From a virus: DNA of 64,000 bases. Below, in pieces: positions 27,458 through 37,826 of this stretch. The position numbers and the translations under genes were made by a program. Numbering within the stretch: the stretch's first letter is position 1; each line of letters begins with the position of its first letter. Location: the IMG/VR virus record IMGVR_UViG_3300029825_000003, positions 9,513-73,512 of that record, one strand, 5' to 3'. Below the pieces are notes generated by a model that was not told the origin of the DNA, ran no database searches, and was given only the letters and a program-made list of their open reading frames with translations.

Positions 27458-27931
27458 TTGATAACTATGACACAACTATACATTGATGGAATTCGCATTA
27501 ATGGATTGACATACGATATTGGAATACCTGACATGCGAGAACGTAAAGCTTCTTTTAGTTATTATCTAATTTCTGAAGATGAAGGACAGATACTTCTTGA
27601 TAAGGCTATCTATAACGAGAATGAAGTCCATGAGTACTTTTTATCAAACGATTGCCAAACATGGGAATTTCAGGGAGAAGTAAGTAAGTACAATTTAATT
27701 CACGATGAGGTAAACCTTCCAATGGGCTTTTACGTGATGTTTATTGAAGTGGAGTTATGCGGTAAATTTAGGTATACCCGAAATGAAAAGCTTGTAATTG
27801 AAAGGGATTTTACAAATCTGTGGAAGAAAGGGGAGCAAGAGGCAGCTAAAATTTATGAAGAAATAATTAAGAAAAAAGAGTTTGAACAAAACGCATTGCC
27901 TAAAACATATGATGTAAATTTAATAAACTGA
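27458..27931 (+). CDS. Hypothetical protein; in-frame zinc ribbon follows its TGA
   Basis: ORF track; frame stays open to TAA 28070-28072. Confidence 0.7.
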   Translation: MITMTQLYIDGIRINGLTYDIGIPDMRERKASFSYYLISEDEGQILLDKAIYNENEVHEYFLSNDCQTWEFQGEVSKYNLIHDEVNLPMGFYVMFIEVELCGKFRYTRNEKLVIERDFTNLWKKGEQEAAKIYEEIIKKKEFEQNALPKTYDVNLIN

Positions 27932-28119
27932 CAAGCTGAATTAATCTGCCCTAGTTGTGCAACCGAACTAAAATTTCATTGGAATTTAGATGTTTGTATT
28001 ATTGAAGATTGTTATAATTGCCATACAAAATTTAAATTAATACCTGAAGAACTCCAACAAGAGAAGGATTAATTTAAATTACTTTTTTGTTTCTTTTTTC
28101 CACACGCCATAATCTCACC

Positions 28120-29274
28120 TTATTTACACTGATTTTTCTTTGCTGTCTTAACCGCTTTTGAAACCTGCCCGATATAATCATAAGCGGTCTTTCTCACTTT
28201 TCCCAAATCAAGGGACGTTGTATAATCCCCACCATCTATTAAATGAGATATCCTTTTCACAGTCAAATTAGTATGAATATAATCTCCGTTTAGATCAATC
28301 GAAGGAAACTTGCATTGAACAAGGTCGCATAATTCGACCTCGGGGGTTCCCATTAAAACAGCCTGTCCTGAGACTTCAGGAGTTTTGGCTTCGGTTAGTA
28401 GTCCAGTTGCTATAGTTTTACATTGGGGGGTACTTTTCACCCATGTCTGAGTCTCAACAGCCGCCCGCCGCCCATAGAGCGTGCTTAACGCGGTATCCTC
28501 ATCGTAATCAGTATACTGAGAGCCACCCGATGGCGTATCCCCATTCACTCTATAATAAGTTCTTACTCCTGTTCCTGCTATTTCAAAGTCTGCACTTAAT
28601 ACTCTCGGAGTGCCTTCAATTATTTTGTACTTATCTGTGGCAGTCGCGGGAAATGCTTTCCATTGAATATATCGAGTTGATAAATTACCATTTAGATAAG
28701 TAGGAACAATTTTTATAGCCCAATCATAACTCGCAACTTTCTCCATATCTGCAAAAAGATCTGACATATAAGTTTGATTTGCAGTAGTATCATACTGTGG
28801 AAACGTTTTTCCAGTATCAGCATAACCAGAGTCATAAGTCAACCTTGTAAGATATTTTTGAGCATAATAAGATAAAACCGTCTTTGCGTCCTGAGATGTA
28901 TGTGTGTAAGTCTCTGTTATGATAGCTGTTTCCGCTTCTGCTTCATGTCCTTGAGCATATATAGTGACATTATTATTATTGTCGGAATACTCGCAGGATA
29001 GATCCATTATTCGACCTTGGAAGATATCCTGCCAGATCGTTTTTTCATTGGGATTCATTTTTATTGAAACTTGCAACCTCACAATATCATCGAATCTTAA
29101 CTGAGAAATGTATGTAGACGTGGACCCTATTATATTGCTGGCAATTTCAATTTCAGCATATGAAATAGAAAAAGGATACGACTGTTGAGTGCTTGCCCTT
29201 AGCACAGAAGGATAATATTTTTCATGAGTTGTAGGCTTTTCAATCACTAAACGAGTTTGAACCCACCTGATCAT
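28120..29274 (-). CDS. Baseplate hub / Tal-like protein (gp27 fold)
   Basis: TMP-Dit-Tal position; IFQGRI, G-x-P-x-V-ELCDLV, TSLDLG C-terminal motif. Confidence 0.75.
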   Translation of the reverse strand: MIRWVQTRLVIEKPTTHEKYYPSVLRASTQQSYPFSISYAEIEIASNIIGSTSTYISQLRFDDIVRLQVSIKMNPNEKTIWQDIFQGRIMDLSCEYSDNNNNVTIYAQGHEAEAETAIITETYTHTSQDAKTVLSYYAQKYLTRLTYDSGYADTGKTFPQYDTTANQTYMSDLFADMEKVASYDWAIKIVPTYLNGNLSTRYIQWKAFPATATDKYKIIEGTPRVLSADFEIAGTGVRTYYRVNGDTPSGGSQYTDYDEDTALSTLYGRRAAVETQTWVKSTPQCKTIATGLLTEAKTPEVSGQAVLMGTPEVELCDLVQCKFPSIDLNGDYIHTNLTVKRISHLIDGGDYTTSLDLGKVRKTAYDYIGQVSKAVKTAKKNQCK

Positions 29275-29276
29275 GA

Positions 29277-32200
29277 TTACACCAACATGTCGGCATCTCT
29301 ATATTTCAGTGTCACAATTACGCTAGACGTTGAATCAACAACCGCCCCGAATGTGTTTACCTGCCCTTTGAATATTTTTGGATGTTCAGCGTCTATCGTT
29401 ACAAGGCTTGCATACATGAAAATAGAGTTTATCCTGAGTGTATCAGTTCCACCACTCGCAATTTTTAGATGGAATTTTGTAAGACCGTTCAAGATGCAAT
29501 CAGTTCCACTGTTCAAGAGCCTATAAGCCTGAGCGTTGCTGATATCCGTTGTTGTATTTCCATCGAGAGGATACCAAGTTCCGGGGCTTCCCGCGTTATC
29601 TTTAGCTATATAGATAGTCGGTGCTCCTGACATAACATTTAGGACAATGTAAGGAATCCCGGTGATTGGGTATTTTGTGTCGAATTTATAAATCAAATAC
29701 CCTGTAGCATTAAACAAGAGCATCTTATAATCATCATAATAAGTAACATAAGCAGAATCGGTAACTGTATATTCATATGCTGTATCTGCAAAATTTTCAC
29801 TATACTGATAACTTCCCGTTCCATCTGCGTTTATTGTAATTTTACAGCCAGGTTTCAACTCGTTACAAACTTCCATCCGAGTAAGAGTATCAGCCTCGTT
29901 ATAAATTGAAATAGCAGAGGATGTCACGGAAGGGATAATTTCAGTGTAAGTAAAAGCAAAATTATCCATATATGCTCTGCCGGCTGTACTTGAAGTTCTC
30001 ATATATACTTTGATTGTAACAGTTTCATTCGTTGCTGAATAAATTTCACTATTATATTTTCTTGTAGCATACGAGGAAAGCCTAGTAGTAGACGAGAATA
30101 CAACAACCTGCGTTTCCGCACCTGAATTAATGGAAGCGGCTTTTACCGTCACTCTTGCATATGCCGTTAATCCTGAAACGTTAGCAGTTGCCAATAAACA
30201 AGCAAATTGGTCAAGTCTATATTTTTTTCCGTCTGTGAGTGCAGGGAGAACATAAGTAAACTCTAGAGAATATGAAGTCAGATATTCAGAATGAATATCT
30301 GGATCTGTATACGTTTTTGTATCTCCATCGGTTTCATTCGTTCCGCTTTTTGAGGTGATTGCAGTCACTTCAACATCAGGGATAATATCTACATGTCCGG
30401 TAGTTGTGATGTCCTGCCCTGTAGTACCAAGTTCAAAATCGGAAGCTCTTTCAATCAAAACGTCATCGCAATATACCTTCGCTCCTGAATTTAGAGTGTC
30501 AACTCCATGAATCCGGATATAGGCATCGACAGGGGCAGTATCAAATCTTATTGTATCCTGCAATTGGGAATATTCACAGTCGGCATCCCAGAGAAGCTGA
30601 GTAATTATCGAATTTCCAGAATAGATATCAACAGATAATTGACCATGAGTTAAACCGGTTACTGCTCCCCATGCACTGACCACGTAAGAAACCCCTGGAT
30701 CAAACATAATGTACTGAGTTGAACGCCCGATGTCTTCTGTAAGTCCATCCCCTGATATCTCTAACGCATATAAACCGTCATGTGCAACTGAATCACTTCT
30801 AGTCTGCCCTTCGCTTTCAAGAGTCCAGCTAGCCGGGGTTTGAATGCCTCCATAATCAGAGGAGGTCATTATCCTGTTATTTGATCCTGTAGAACTTACT
30901 GATACAAACTGATTAAGATCAGAAGAATAACAGACAGAATTCCAGTTATTGTCGGCAGGAGTGTCACAGAGAACCCAATTAGCCGCATCATTTGACCTCA
31001 TTGCTCTGTTTCCTGTACCCGACTTCGCAACACATACCAAAACCGAGTCTTCAGGAGACCATGTAAGCCCCTGCCATGCGTTGTAGGTATATGAGACAGT
31101 TGCTCCACCTGCTCCATCGAATTCAGTTACTTCATATCCTATAAGGGTAGCATACGCCCTATAAGACGAATTCGAGGATTTCATATAACACTGAATAGTT
31201 ATTGCCTCATTTGCAGCCGTTTCAAATGTTACATCCAGTGTTTTGTCTTCATACGTCTGAGAGACAGAAGAGAATTCAGCCAGAACTGTTTCTGTTTTTG
31301 TTGCGGTTGTTGCGGTAATTTTTATCCATGCTGTTTGTCCGGTCTGTGCGGTCCTTAACTGGCAGAATACCCGGTCAATTCTCCAAATGTGATTATTTGT
31401 AAGGGCTGCAACTGAGAGAGTAGGCCCACCAGGATATTGAGTAGAATAAGCTGTGACTCCAGAACTATATACCCATCCTTCGGTTGTTGTAGATGTCGTT
31501 GTAGCTACATCAGTTCCAGTTCCAGGGGTAACTATAGACCCACATACAGGAGTTGTCTGCAAGGTCCATTCATCACCATCAGGAGAAGTTACAATCTGCT
31601 GAGTTCCATCTTCAGTACATGCAACAAAAAGACCAAGTGTTTCAGCCCATACAACACTCTTAAACTTCTGAGCAGGAGAAGGTACAGAAGAAGCTAAATT
31701 CCAAACTTCACCATAGTCAACAGAACTCATTATATTTCCATCATAGGAAACCGCAACCAATTTTAGGAGGGATTGTGAGTAACAAACTGAAACCCAAGTG
31801 TTTGCATCTTGGGTATACGTTGCAATTGACCACGTTACTCCACCATCATCTGAATACATGGCTCTGCCAGTACCTGATGATGCAACCGCGACATAACGGT
31901 AGACAAGATCAACGTCGTCCCTAACATAACATACAGAATTCCAGTTGTTATCGGCAGGCGTGGTTCTCGCAGTCCATGTTATTCCATCGTCTGAAGTCAT
32001 GCACCTGTTTCCAGACCCTGAAGAAGATACTGCAACCCATCTTCCCGGCAAGAGGTTCCCACCATCAAGCCCGATGGAATACCCCCACGCAAGCCCCCTC
32101 CAATTATTATTACAATTTGTTGCGCTTGTGAGTCCAGAAGGAACTGACCATGTATCACCGTCAGAGGATATCTGAACGCCATTATTGCTCCCACCCGAAG

Positions 32201-34100
32201 CAACCGCGCAATATTTTGCAAGCTCTCTTGACCATCTCACACAAGTCCATTCAATATCCGCTACACTCGTAGCAGTTGCCCAGGTCATCTCGCTTGAAGT
32301 AGCCCAATCCTCAAAAGAAGGATTTTTCAAGAGATTACCAGCGTAAGTATCATCTGCGGACCACGTACTCGATCCATATACATGCCTGCCCCTTACCTTC
32401 TGAGAGGCACTTTCTTTGTGAGGTTTTTCCATTTGGTATAAAATAGAATAAGGCTTTGCATTCTCAGGGACATCGGTTGTAAGTCTCAATTTAGAACTAT
32501 GGTCAACCGTGAGACCCCTGCACAGTGTACCCGCATAAGGACCGCCTAATTCTAGCTTAGACTGACCTCTTGAAGTGTCGTACCATGCAGCCATAACCTC
32601 ATCTAATTCATCAATAGAAAACGCAAAACAGTCTATGACAAGCCCCGTCCCCTTGAACCCAAAGTCTGTTAAGTTATCTCCTTCTATGCCCGGAGCTTTC
32701 TTTTGTCCTACTGATTTACCACCGTCAACGGCTAATTCTTGCCAATTGAATTTTACCCCGTTTATGTAGCCCTGTCTTGGTTCAGTTGAATCATAATAAT
32801 TGGTTAATTCCTCTTGAATAATCCGTATCGGAGGGATATATCTTGTAGTAGGGGTTGTTGTCCCCCCGGTTGAAGATCCTCCTGAATATGCACCGTTTGA
32901 GGTTGTAGAAGTTGAGATTGGAGTAACTTGATAGTAGTCTCCTGTAACATTTCCGCTTGAATAATTTTCTTCTGCGTATACAGCCATCTTGGATGGAACC
33001 ATATTCAAGATTCCGTATCCGCTAACAGGAAGCATACGAGTGGGATCTGTTGCGAGAGTAACCTTCGTATTCAGAATATTGTTATTATTTACCTGCATTG
33101 TGCAGCCTGAAGCAATGGAATCGAGAACAACAATTCCAGCATTATAACAGCCTGAAATTGTATTATATTCGATAGTAAGCCCATTACCCCACTTCCAGAG
33201 ACCAATACCGCCGTTATATTTGATGTTATGCATCCATCCACACGCGGTTATTGTATTATTCCAAATATGAACAGTCTGTGCGGTTGTCCCGGCTGCTCCA
33301 TAGGCATCCATCAGGAGAATGCCCACGCCTGCTCCGTCAGTTATTGTATTTTCGTAAATGTTAATATTTTGAGTAAGACGTGTTAAACCGTATGAAGCAG
33401 GTTCGTTCCCTATCTGAATTGCTCCGTTCCCGTTTGCCCCGGTTCCTGCGTATTTGTGAGTGTCATTATCATGGATGTTAATATTTTGACAGTTGTCTAG
33501 TCTCACACATGAATTACACTTCTGAACGATGTCATTAGTATAGATATCTCCACCAACCACATCTATGAAGAATACGCCCTCATGTCCCATTACGTCAACG
33601 TCATTATAATAATATTTGATATTTTCACCATGAGTAAGCCTCAATCCATCCCCTAAACTGTCATGGATTTTCATATTATAGACGGAAATATTCTTCACCG
33701 GACTACTCGCAGTGCCGGTTATCTGGATACAATTATAATAGGCATCTCCCTCAGATTCCGTTTGATTGGCTCTGTTTCCATCAATCTCGAAACCGTGAAT
33801 TTTTATATTGACGGAGGCATGACCATTACCTTCATACTGCCTAATGATTCCAACCATTGAAGCCCAACCAGCATTATTTTTCAGGCGAAGGCAGGCAGTA
33901 GAATCACCGGTTAATTCAGTATTATCCCCTAGGAGGACAGAGGTTTGAATATCGTAAGTACATGGACCTTTTAGGTATACAGTACTTCCAGGATTAGCGA
34001 CAGCCGCCGCTAGTGCAGAGTTTATTTCAGATTGGTCATTTGTCCCGTCTACAATGTATGTAGCCCCTGAACCTGAAGGACCTACCGTGTAAGTAGTCAT
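29277..34100 (-). CDS. Evolved distal tail (Dit-like) protein with N-terminal disaggregatase-like beta-helix and nested CBM, BNR-propeller and jelly-roll domains
   Basis: Directly after TMP; DGTNDQSEINSAL...VYLKGPCTY; NLLKNPSFEDW; ADNNWNSVCY repeats; Dit-type end HPKIFKGQVN...VTLKYR. Confidence 0.75.
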   Translation of the reverse strand: MTTYTVGPSGSGATYIVDGTNDQSEINSALAAAVANPGSTVYLKGPCTYDIQTSVLLGDNTELTGDSTACLRLKNNAGWASMVGIIRQYEGNGHASVNIKIHGFEIDGNRANQTESEGDAYYNCIQITGTASSPVKNISVYNMKIHDSLGDGLRLTHGENIKYYYNDVDVMGHEGVFFIDVVGGDIYTNDIVQKCNSCVRLDNCQNINIHDNDTHKYAGTGANGNGAIQIGNEPASYGLTRLTQNINIYENTITDGAGVGILLMDAYGAAGTTAQTVHIWNNTITACGWMHNIKYNGGIGLWKWGNGLTIEYNTISGCYNAGIVVLDSIASGCTMQVNNNNILNTKVTLATDPTRMLPVSGYGILNMVPSKMAVYAEENYSSGNVTGDYYQVTPISTSTTSNGAYSGGSSTGGTTTPTTRYIPPIRIIQEELTNYYDSTEPRQGYINGVKFNWQELAVDGGKSVGQKKAPGIEGDNLTDFGFKGTGLVIDCFAFSIDELDEVMAAWYDTSRGQSKLELGGPYAGTLCRGLTVDHSSKLRLTTDVPENAKPYSILYQMEKPHKESASQKVRGRHVYGSSTWSADDTYAGNLLKNPSFEDWATSSEMTWATATSVADIEWTCVRWSRELAKYCAVASGGSNNGVQISSDGDTWSVPSGLTSATNCNNNWRGLAWGYSIGLDGGNLLPGRWVAVSSSGSGNRCMTSDDGITWTARTTPADNNWNSVCYVRDDVDLVYRYVAVASSGTGRAMYSDDGGVTWSIATYTQDANTWVSVCYSQSLLKLVAVSYDGNIMSSVDYGEVWNLASSVPSPAQKFKSVVWAETLGLFVACTEDGTQQIVTSPDGDEWTLQTTPVCGSIVTPGTGTDVATTTSTTTEGWVYSSGVTAYSTQYPGGPTLSVAALTNNHIWRIDRVFCQLRTAQTGQTAWIKITATTATKTETVLAEFSSVSQTYEDKTLDVTFETAANEAITIQCYMKSSNSSYRAYATLIGYEVTEFDGAGGATVSYTYNAWQGLTWSPEDSVLVCVAKSGTGNRAMRSNDAANWVLCDTPADNNWNSVCYSSDLNQFVSVSSTGSNNRIMTSSDYGGIQTPASWTLESEGQTRSDSVAHDGLYALEISGDGLTEDIGRSTQYIMFDPGVSYVVSAWGAVTGLTHGQLSVDIYSGNSIITQLLWDADCEYSQLQDTIRFDTAPVDAYIRIHGVDTLNSGAKVYCDDVLIERASDFELGTTGQDITTTGHVDIIPDVEVTAITSKSGTNETDGDTKTYTDPDIHSEYLTSYSLEFTYVLPALTDGKKYRLDQFACLLATANVSGLTAYARVTVKAASINSGAETQVVVFSSTTRLSSYATRKYNSEIYSATNETVTIKVYMRTSSTAGRAYMDNFAFTYTEIIPSVTSSAISIYNEADTLTRMEVCNELKPGCKITINADGTGSYQYSENFADTAYEYTVTDSAYVTYYDDYKMLLFNATGYLIYKFDTKYPITGIPYIVLNVMSGAPTIYIAKDNAGSPGTWYPLDGNTTTDISNAQAYRLLNSGTDCILNGLTKFHLKIASGGTDTLRINSIFMYASLVTIDAEHPKIFKGQVNTFGAVVDSTSSVIVTLKYRDADMLV

Positions 34101-37100
34101 TTAAACCGCCGATTTTGTTTTAGTGGTTGAGGTTGATGTACCGTAATTGTTGACTGTGTTAACTCTATTATTGTTGTAAACCGTCATGTTTGCTTTTCTA
34201 GAAGCTGCTTCCCAATCTGTGTAACCATACACACTGCTCTTGTTGCTCCCTGAAGATTTAGAACTTGAAGAACTCCCTACTTCCATAAGTTTTGAAATTG
34301 TACTCTTAGCCTGGTTATAGACATCTACAAGTTTGTTGTAGACCCCACCAAGTCCTGAAATGGTTGTGGAGAACGAGAATCCTCCTAACGTGGAAAATGT
34401 ACTATTAGCATCCTTTCCTTTCTTATCAGCATCAAGGGTTTTTGTTCCTACAGTGCCGAGATTTCCAATAATACCCCCGAATGGAAGCCCGTTAGTAGTG
34501 CCAAAAGTAGAATTTAGAGTGCCTGCCTTTCCCGTATCATCCTGAGTATTAGAGCCAACTGTTGTTAGATTCCCCTGAATTGTGGAAAATGGAAGTGTGT
34601 TAGTGGTCCCAAAAGTAGAATTGAGTATTTCGGCTTTGGCAGTGTCGTCATACTCTAGTGTTCCTAAATTTGTAAGATTCCCGTCAATTGTTGTGAATGG
34701 AGTTGCATTTACATTATCAAGGGACTGCTTAAATAAATCTGCTTGGTTGGCTGCGTCTTTTTCTACGATAGTCATTCCAACTACTTCACCATTAACAACA
34801 GAAAACGAGACAGTACCAGCGCGGTTAAGTGCTTCTTCCCATGTGATCACGCTATCATTAGCAGTATTCACGTTTCCGTCTACAGTTGTAATTTGCCCGT
34901 TAAGGTTGTCTAATTTTGTATTATCAAGAACGACTACATCATTTCCCATATCCTTGATAAGTTTGTCAAGAGTTCCAGATTCGAGTTGAGCATCTGTTAA
35001 ACCATCTGTCAGGATTGTAATTGCTCCCCTGGTTGTATCAAAAGTAACTGCACCCATGCCTTCAAGTTTTGTAATTGCTCCATCTGCTGAAACTTTGACA
35101 AGTTCGTTATTATCATTTAGGATGATTAATTCATCATTAAGTGTCCTGATACCTCTTCTGAGGTCGTCCACGTCAACACCGGAAGTAAAAGATATTCCTG
35201 CTGTAGTTTTCGTTTGAACATCCTGCATTAAACTCTGAACAGCTTCCTGATATTTTGTAGCCGTCTCTGTCATTGAGTTAGTAACTTCATCATTTGCTGC
35301 CACAACATCATCCGACATTTCCCAAGCGTATTTACTCCACCGGGAATATGCATCTCCGGCAATTTCAGTAGTTCCATCTACAGAATCCCCTGCATCACCT
35401 GTGGAGAGTTCTAATTTCTTCGCGGCTTCTTCGTAGAAATCCGCAGATTCGTGGACGTTCTGAACGCCTTCAGACCATTTTGTTTTTATTGAATCCCATG
35501 CAGTACCGACAGCAGAAACCGCGCCGCTTAAACCTAGATCTTCAGCTATTCCTGAGAGTGTTTCTTTGAATCCGTCTATATATCCAGAGATATCCGAGAT
35601 AGCTTCGCTTATAGTTCCTGAAAGACCATACCAGACAACCCTACCCATATCATAAAGGAGATCAAACGCATCAGATACTAATCCGGTTTTTTCTTCGATG
35701 TATAGTAGAGCGACCCCTACAGCTACCGCAGGACCGGCAAAACTAATAAATCCTGCAACTACTCCAGATAAAGTCAGATCCAAAGCACCGAGAACAACCC
35801 CTACCCCATCTATAAGAATTCCAAAAGCACCGAGAGCAGTAACTACAGTTAGCCCGATTGTTGCCAGCCCTGCAAAAGCAATAACTGTTTTCTGAACCCA
35901 ATCAGGGAGCAGAGAATAAGCAGTTGATAATTCTGTAATCACCTTTACCATAGGTTTTAAGAAAAATGCAACATCTTCACCAATAGAGATTTTTAAATTT
36001 TCAAATGCTGCATTAAGCTCCCTTACTGCACCACCGAGACCCCCCTGCATCTCATCTGTCATTTGCTCCATGTAGCCGACATTATTCTCTAATTCGGCTG
36101 TGTTTTCTCGGAGTGATTGAGTGCCGGCTGTGATAATAGAGTACATCATAGGTCCGGCTCTCTGACCAAAAATAGTAACAGCGTCATTTAAAGTAAGCTG
36201 TTTATTATGAAGAACATCAATTACCTCATAGAGGTCTTTATTTGTGAGGTTTATATCATTCGCAGTAAGATTATATTTTGCTAAAGCATTTACAGCCGCG
36301 TTTGTGGGGCTGATCATCTGAACAAAAGCCTGTCTGAAATTAGTTCCTGCGGTAGTTCCCCGGATACCTGCATCCGCAGCAGCCATCATCAAAGCAGTTG
36401 TTTCTTCAAGGGAAATATTAAGAGGAGCAGCAGCTTGAGCCGCGTATTTTAGAGCAAATGCAAATTCTGAAATTTCGGCTGTAGATTCATTAGCACCCTG
36501 AGCAATGACATCCCCTATATGACCCATATCCTGAGCAGTCAGGTTATAGTTTGTCATTATGGCAGTCATGGTTTTTACAGACGTGCCTAAATCTGTAGCT
36601 CCCGCTCTCGCTAGAGCCATAACCGCAGGAAGCCCGGAATAAATTTCGTTTACAGATAGTCCAGCCTGAGCAGCTAAAACCATAGCGTTAGCCGTTTCCG
36701 TAGCCGTATAACCCATATCTGTGCCGGCTGTTCTTGCGAAAGAAGAAAGCGCCTTAAAATCCTCTTCAGATGCTCCGATAGCGGCTGAAACTCTCCTCAT
36801 AGCATCGTCAAAATCCATGAATGTACTTGTTGCTTCTGAAAACCCAGAAACAAGTTTACCCGTTGCAATTCCTGATATTGCCGTTTTAACGATGCCCATC
36901 TGAGAACAGAGGGACTGTGCTTTTGTAGCAAACCCGGAAAATGAATTTCCTAAGCTTGAAAGCCCATTTGAAATAGAAGATGTGAATGAATTTCCTATAG
37001 ATTTACCTATGTTAGATATCTTAGTTCCAGCAGAAGAAAAAGCCGAGGTGATACCAGCGAGATCTGAAGTAATAGTACTTCTTAATCCTACGGTTGCATA

Positions 37101-37127
37101 AATTGAACCTACATTCGTCTCGCCCAT
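34101..37127 (-). CDS. Tail tape measure protein
   Basis: TP901-type core (FDDAMRRVSA, ADAGIRGTTAGTNFR); 1008 aa. Confidence 0.93.
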   Translation of the reverse strand: MGETNVGSIYATVGLRSTITSDLAGITSAFSSAGTKISNIGKSIGNSFTSSISNGLSSLGNSFSGFATKAQSLCSQMGIVKTAISGIATGKLVSGFSEATSTFMDFDDAMRRVSAAIGASEEDFKALSSFARTAGTDMGYTATETANAMVLAAQAGLSVNEIYSGLPAVMALARAGATDLGTSVKTMTAIMTNYNLTAQDMGHIGDVIAQGANESTAEISEFAFALKYAAQAAAPLNISLEETTALMMAAADAGIRGTTAGTNFRQAFVQMISPTNAAVNALAKYNLTANDINLTNKDLYEVIDVLHNKQLTLNDAVTIFGQRAGPMMYSIITAGTQSLRENTAELENNVGYMEQMTDEMQGGLGGAVRELNAAFENLKISIGEDVAFFLKPMVKVITELSTAYSLLPDWVQKTVIAFAGLATIGLTVVTALGAFGILIDGVGVVLGALDLTLSGVVAGFISFAGPAVAVGVALLYIEEKTGLVSDAFDLLYDMGRVVWYGLSGTISEAISDISGYIDGFKETLSGIAEDLGLSGAVSAVGTAWDSIKTKWSEGVQNVHESADFYEEAAKKLELSTGDAGDSVDGTTEIAGDAYSRWSKYAWEMSDDVVAANDEVTNSMTETATKYQEAVQSLMQDVQTKTTAGISFTSGVDVDDLRRGIRTLNDELIILNDNNELVKVSADGAITKLEGMGAVTFDTTRGAITILTDGLTDAQLESGTLDKLIKDMGNDVVVLDNTKLDNLNGQITTVDGNVNTANDSVITWEEALNRAGTVSFSVVNGEVVGMTIVEKDAANQADLFKQSLDNVNATPFTTIDGNLTNLGTLEYDDTAKAEILNSTFGTTNTLPFSTIQGNLTTVGSNTQDDTGKAGTLNSTFGTTNGLPFGGIIGNLGTVGTKTLDADKKGKDANSTFSTLGGFSFSTTISGLGGVYNKLVDVYNQAKSTISKLMEVGSSSSSKSSGSNKSSVYGYTDWEAASRKANMTVYNNNRVNTVNNYGTSTSTTKTKSAV
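34340..34720 (-). repeat. About three ~36-aa tandem repeats near the TMP C-terminus
   Basis: PF(T/S/G)-x-I-x-GNL...(L/A)NSTF(G/S)T units. Confidence 0.7.
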
Positions 37128-37136
37128 AAACTCACC

Positions 37137-37822
37137 TCATTTATATATTACCTGCCCGCCCATAGCTACGGTTTGCTGTCTCAACATTAATTCATACTGT
37201 TCAATTGTTGGCTTCTCTTTCTTTTTCTTTGGCAAGAATTGTTCTACTTCGTAAGGGTACTTTGCTCCTTTCTTCAGATGAGGACCAAACGAAGTATTCA
37301 TTATTGCCGTTAGAACTTCAGCATGTTTTTGATTATCTCTCTCATAATCTAACCTTAATTTGTCTCCTGCTTTTTCGATCATGATCGAGATTTCAGCAGG
37401 AGTATATTTCCAGAATTCAAGGGGATCTTTTCCGCATGTCTGGAATAATACTCCTTGAAGCTCGTCAATTATTTCTTTGAGGGTTTTGCGTTGGGCTTCA
37501 TTTCCCCCTTATCAGCAACCTTTGTAGAAATGAAACCGGCTTCTTCTAGTCCTTTAGATATGATTGCTGTAACGTCTGACAGTGGGTTTTCCTGCATGAA
37601 TTCACTTATAATAGCTCCAACCTCTGAAGGTTGCAAGGTGGGGAATTTGTAAAGGAGTCCAGCCCATAACATCAAACGAAGCTGTTTAGGTCCAAGTCTA
37701 CGGAGAACTATATCAAAGTCCATGAAGGATTCGATATTAAGAGCTTCACAGACTTTTTCAAATGCGTCCCAATCATAACGGATAGTATATTCTTTAAAAA
37801 ATGGGATGTCTTTAAGTGGCAT
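37137..37822 (-). CDS. Tail assembly chaperone pair (G at 37469..37822; G-T via -1 frameshift ending 37137)
   Basis: The -1 frame is open from 37508 (GGNEAQRKTLKEII...GKDPLEFWKYTPAEI) into 37137..37382. Confidence 0.8.
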
Positions 37823-37826
37823 TTAA

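Noticed and set aside
30930-31970. Near-identical ~30-nt segments in the Dit gene as a DGR template/variable pair
   Set aside because: They are short BNR-repeat codons (ADNNWNSVC) with synonymous changes; no reverse transcriptase or ~100-nt adenine-specific pair is seen in the window.
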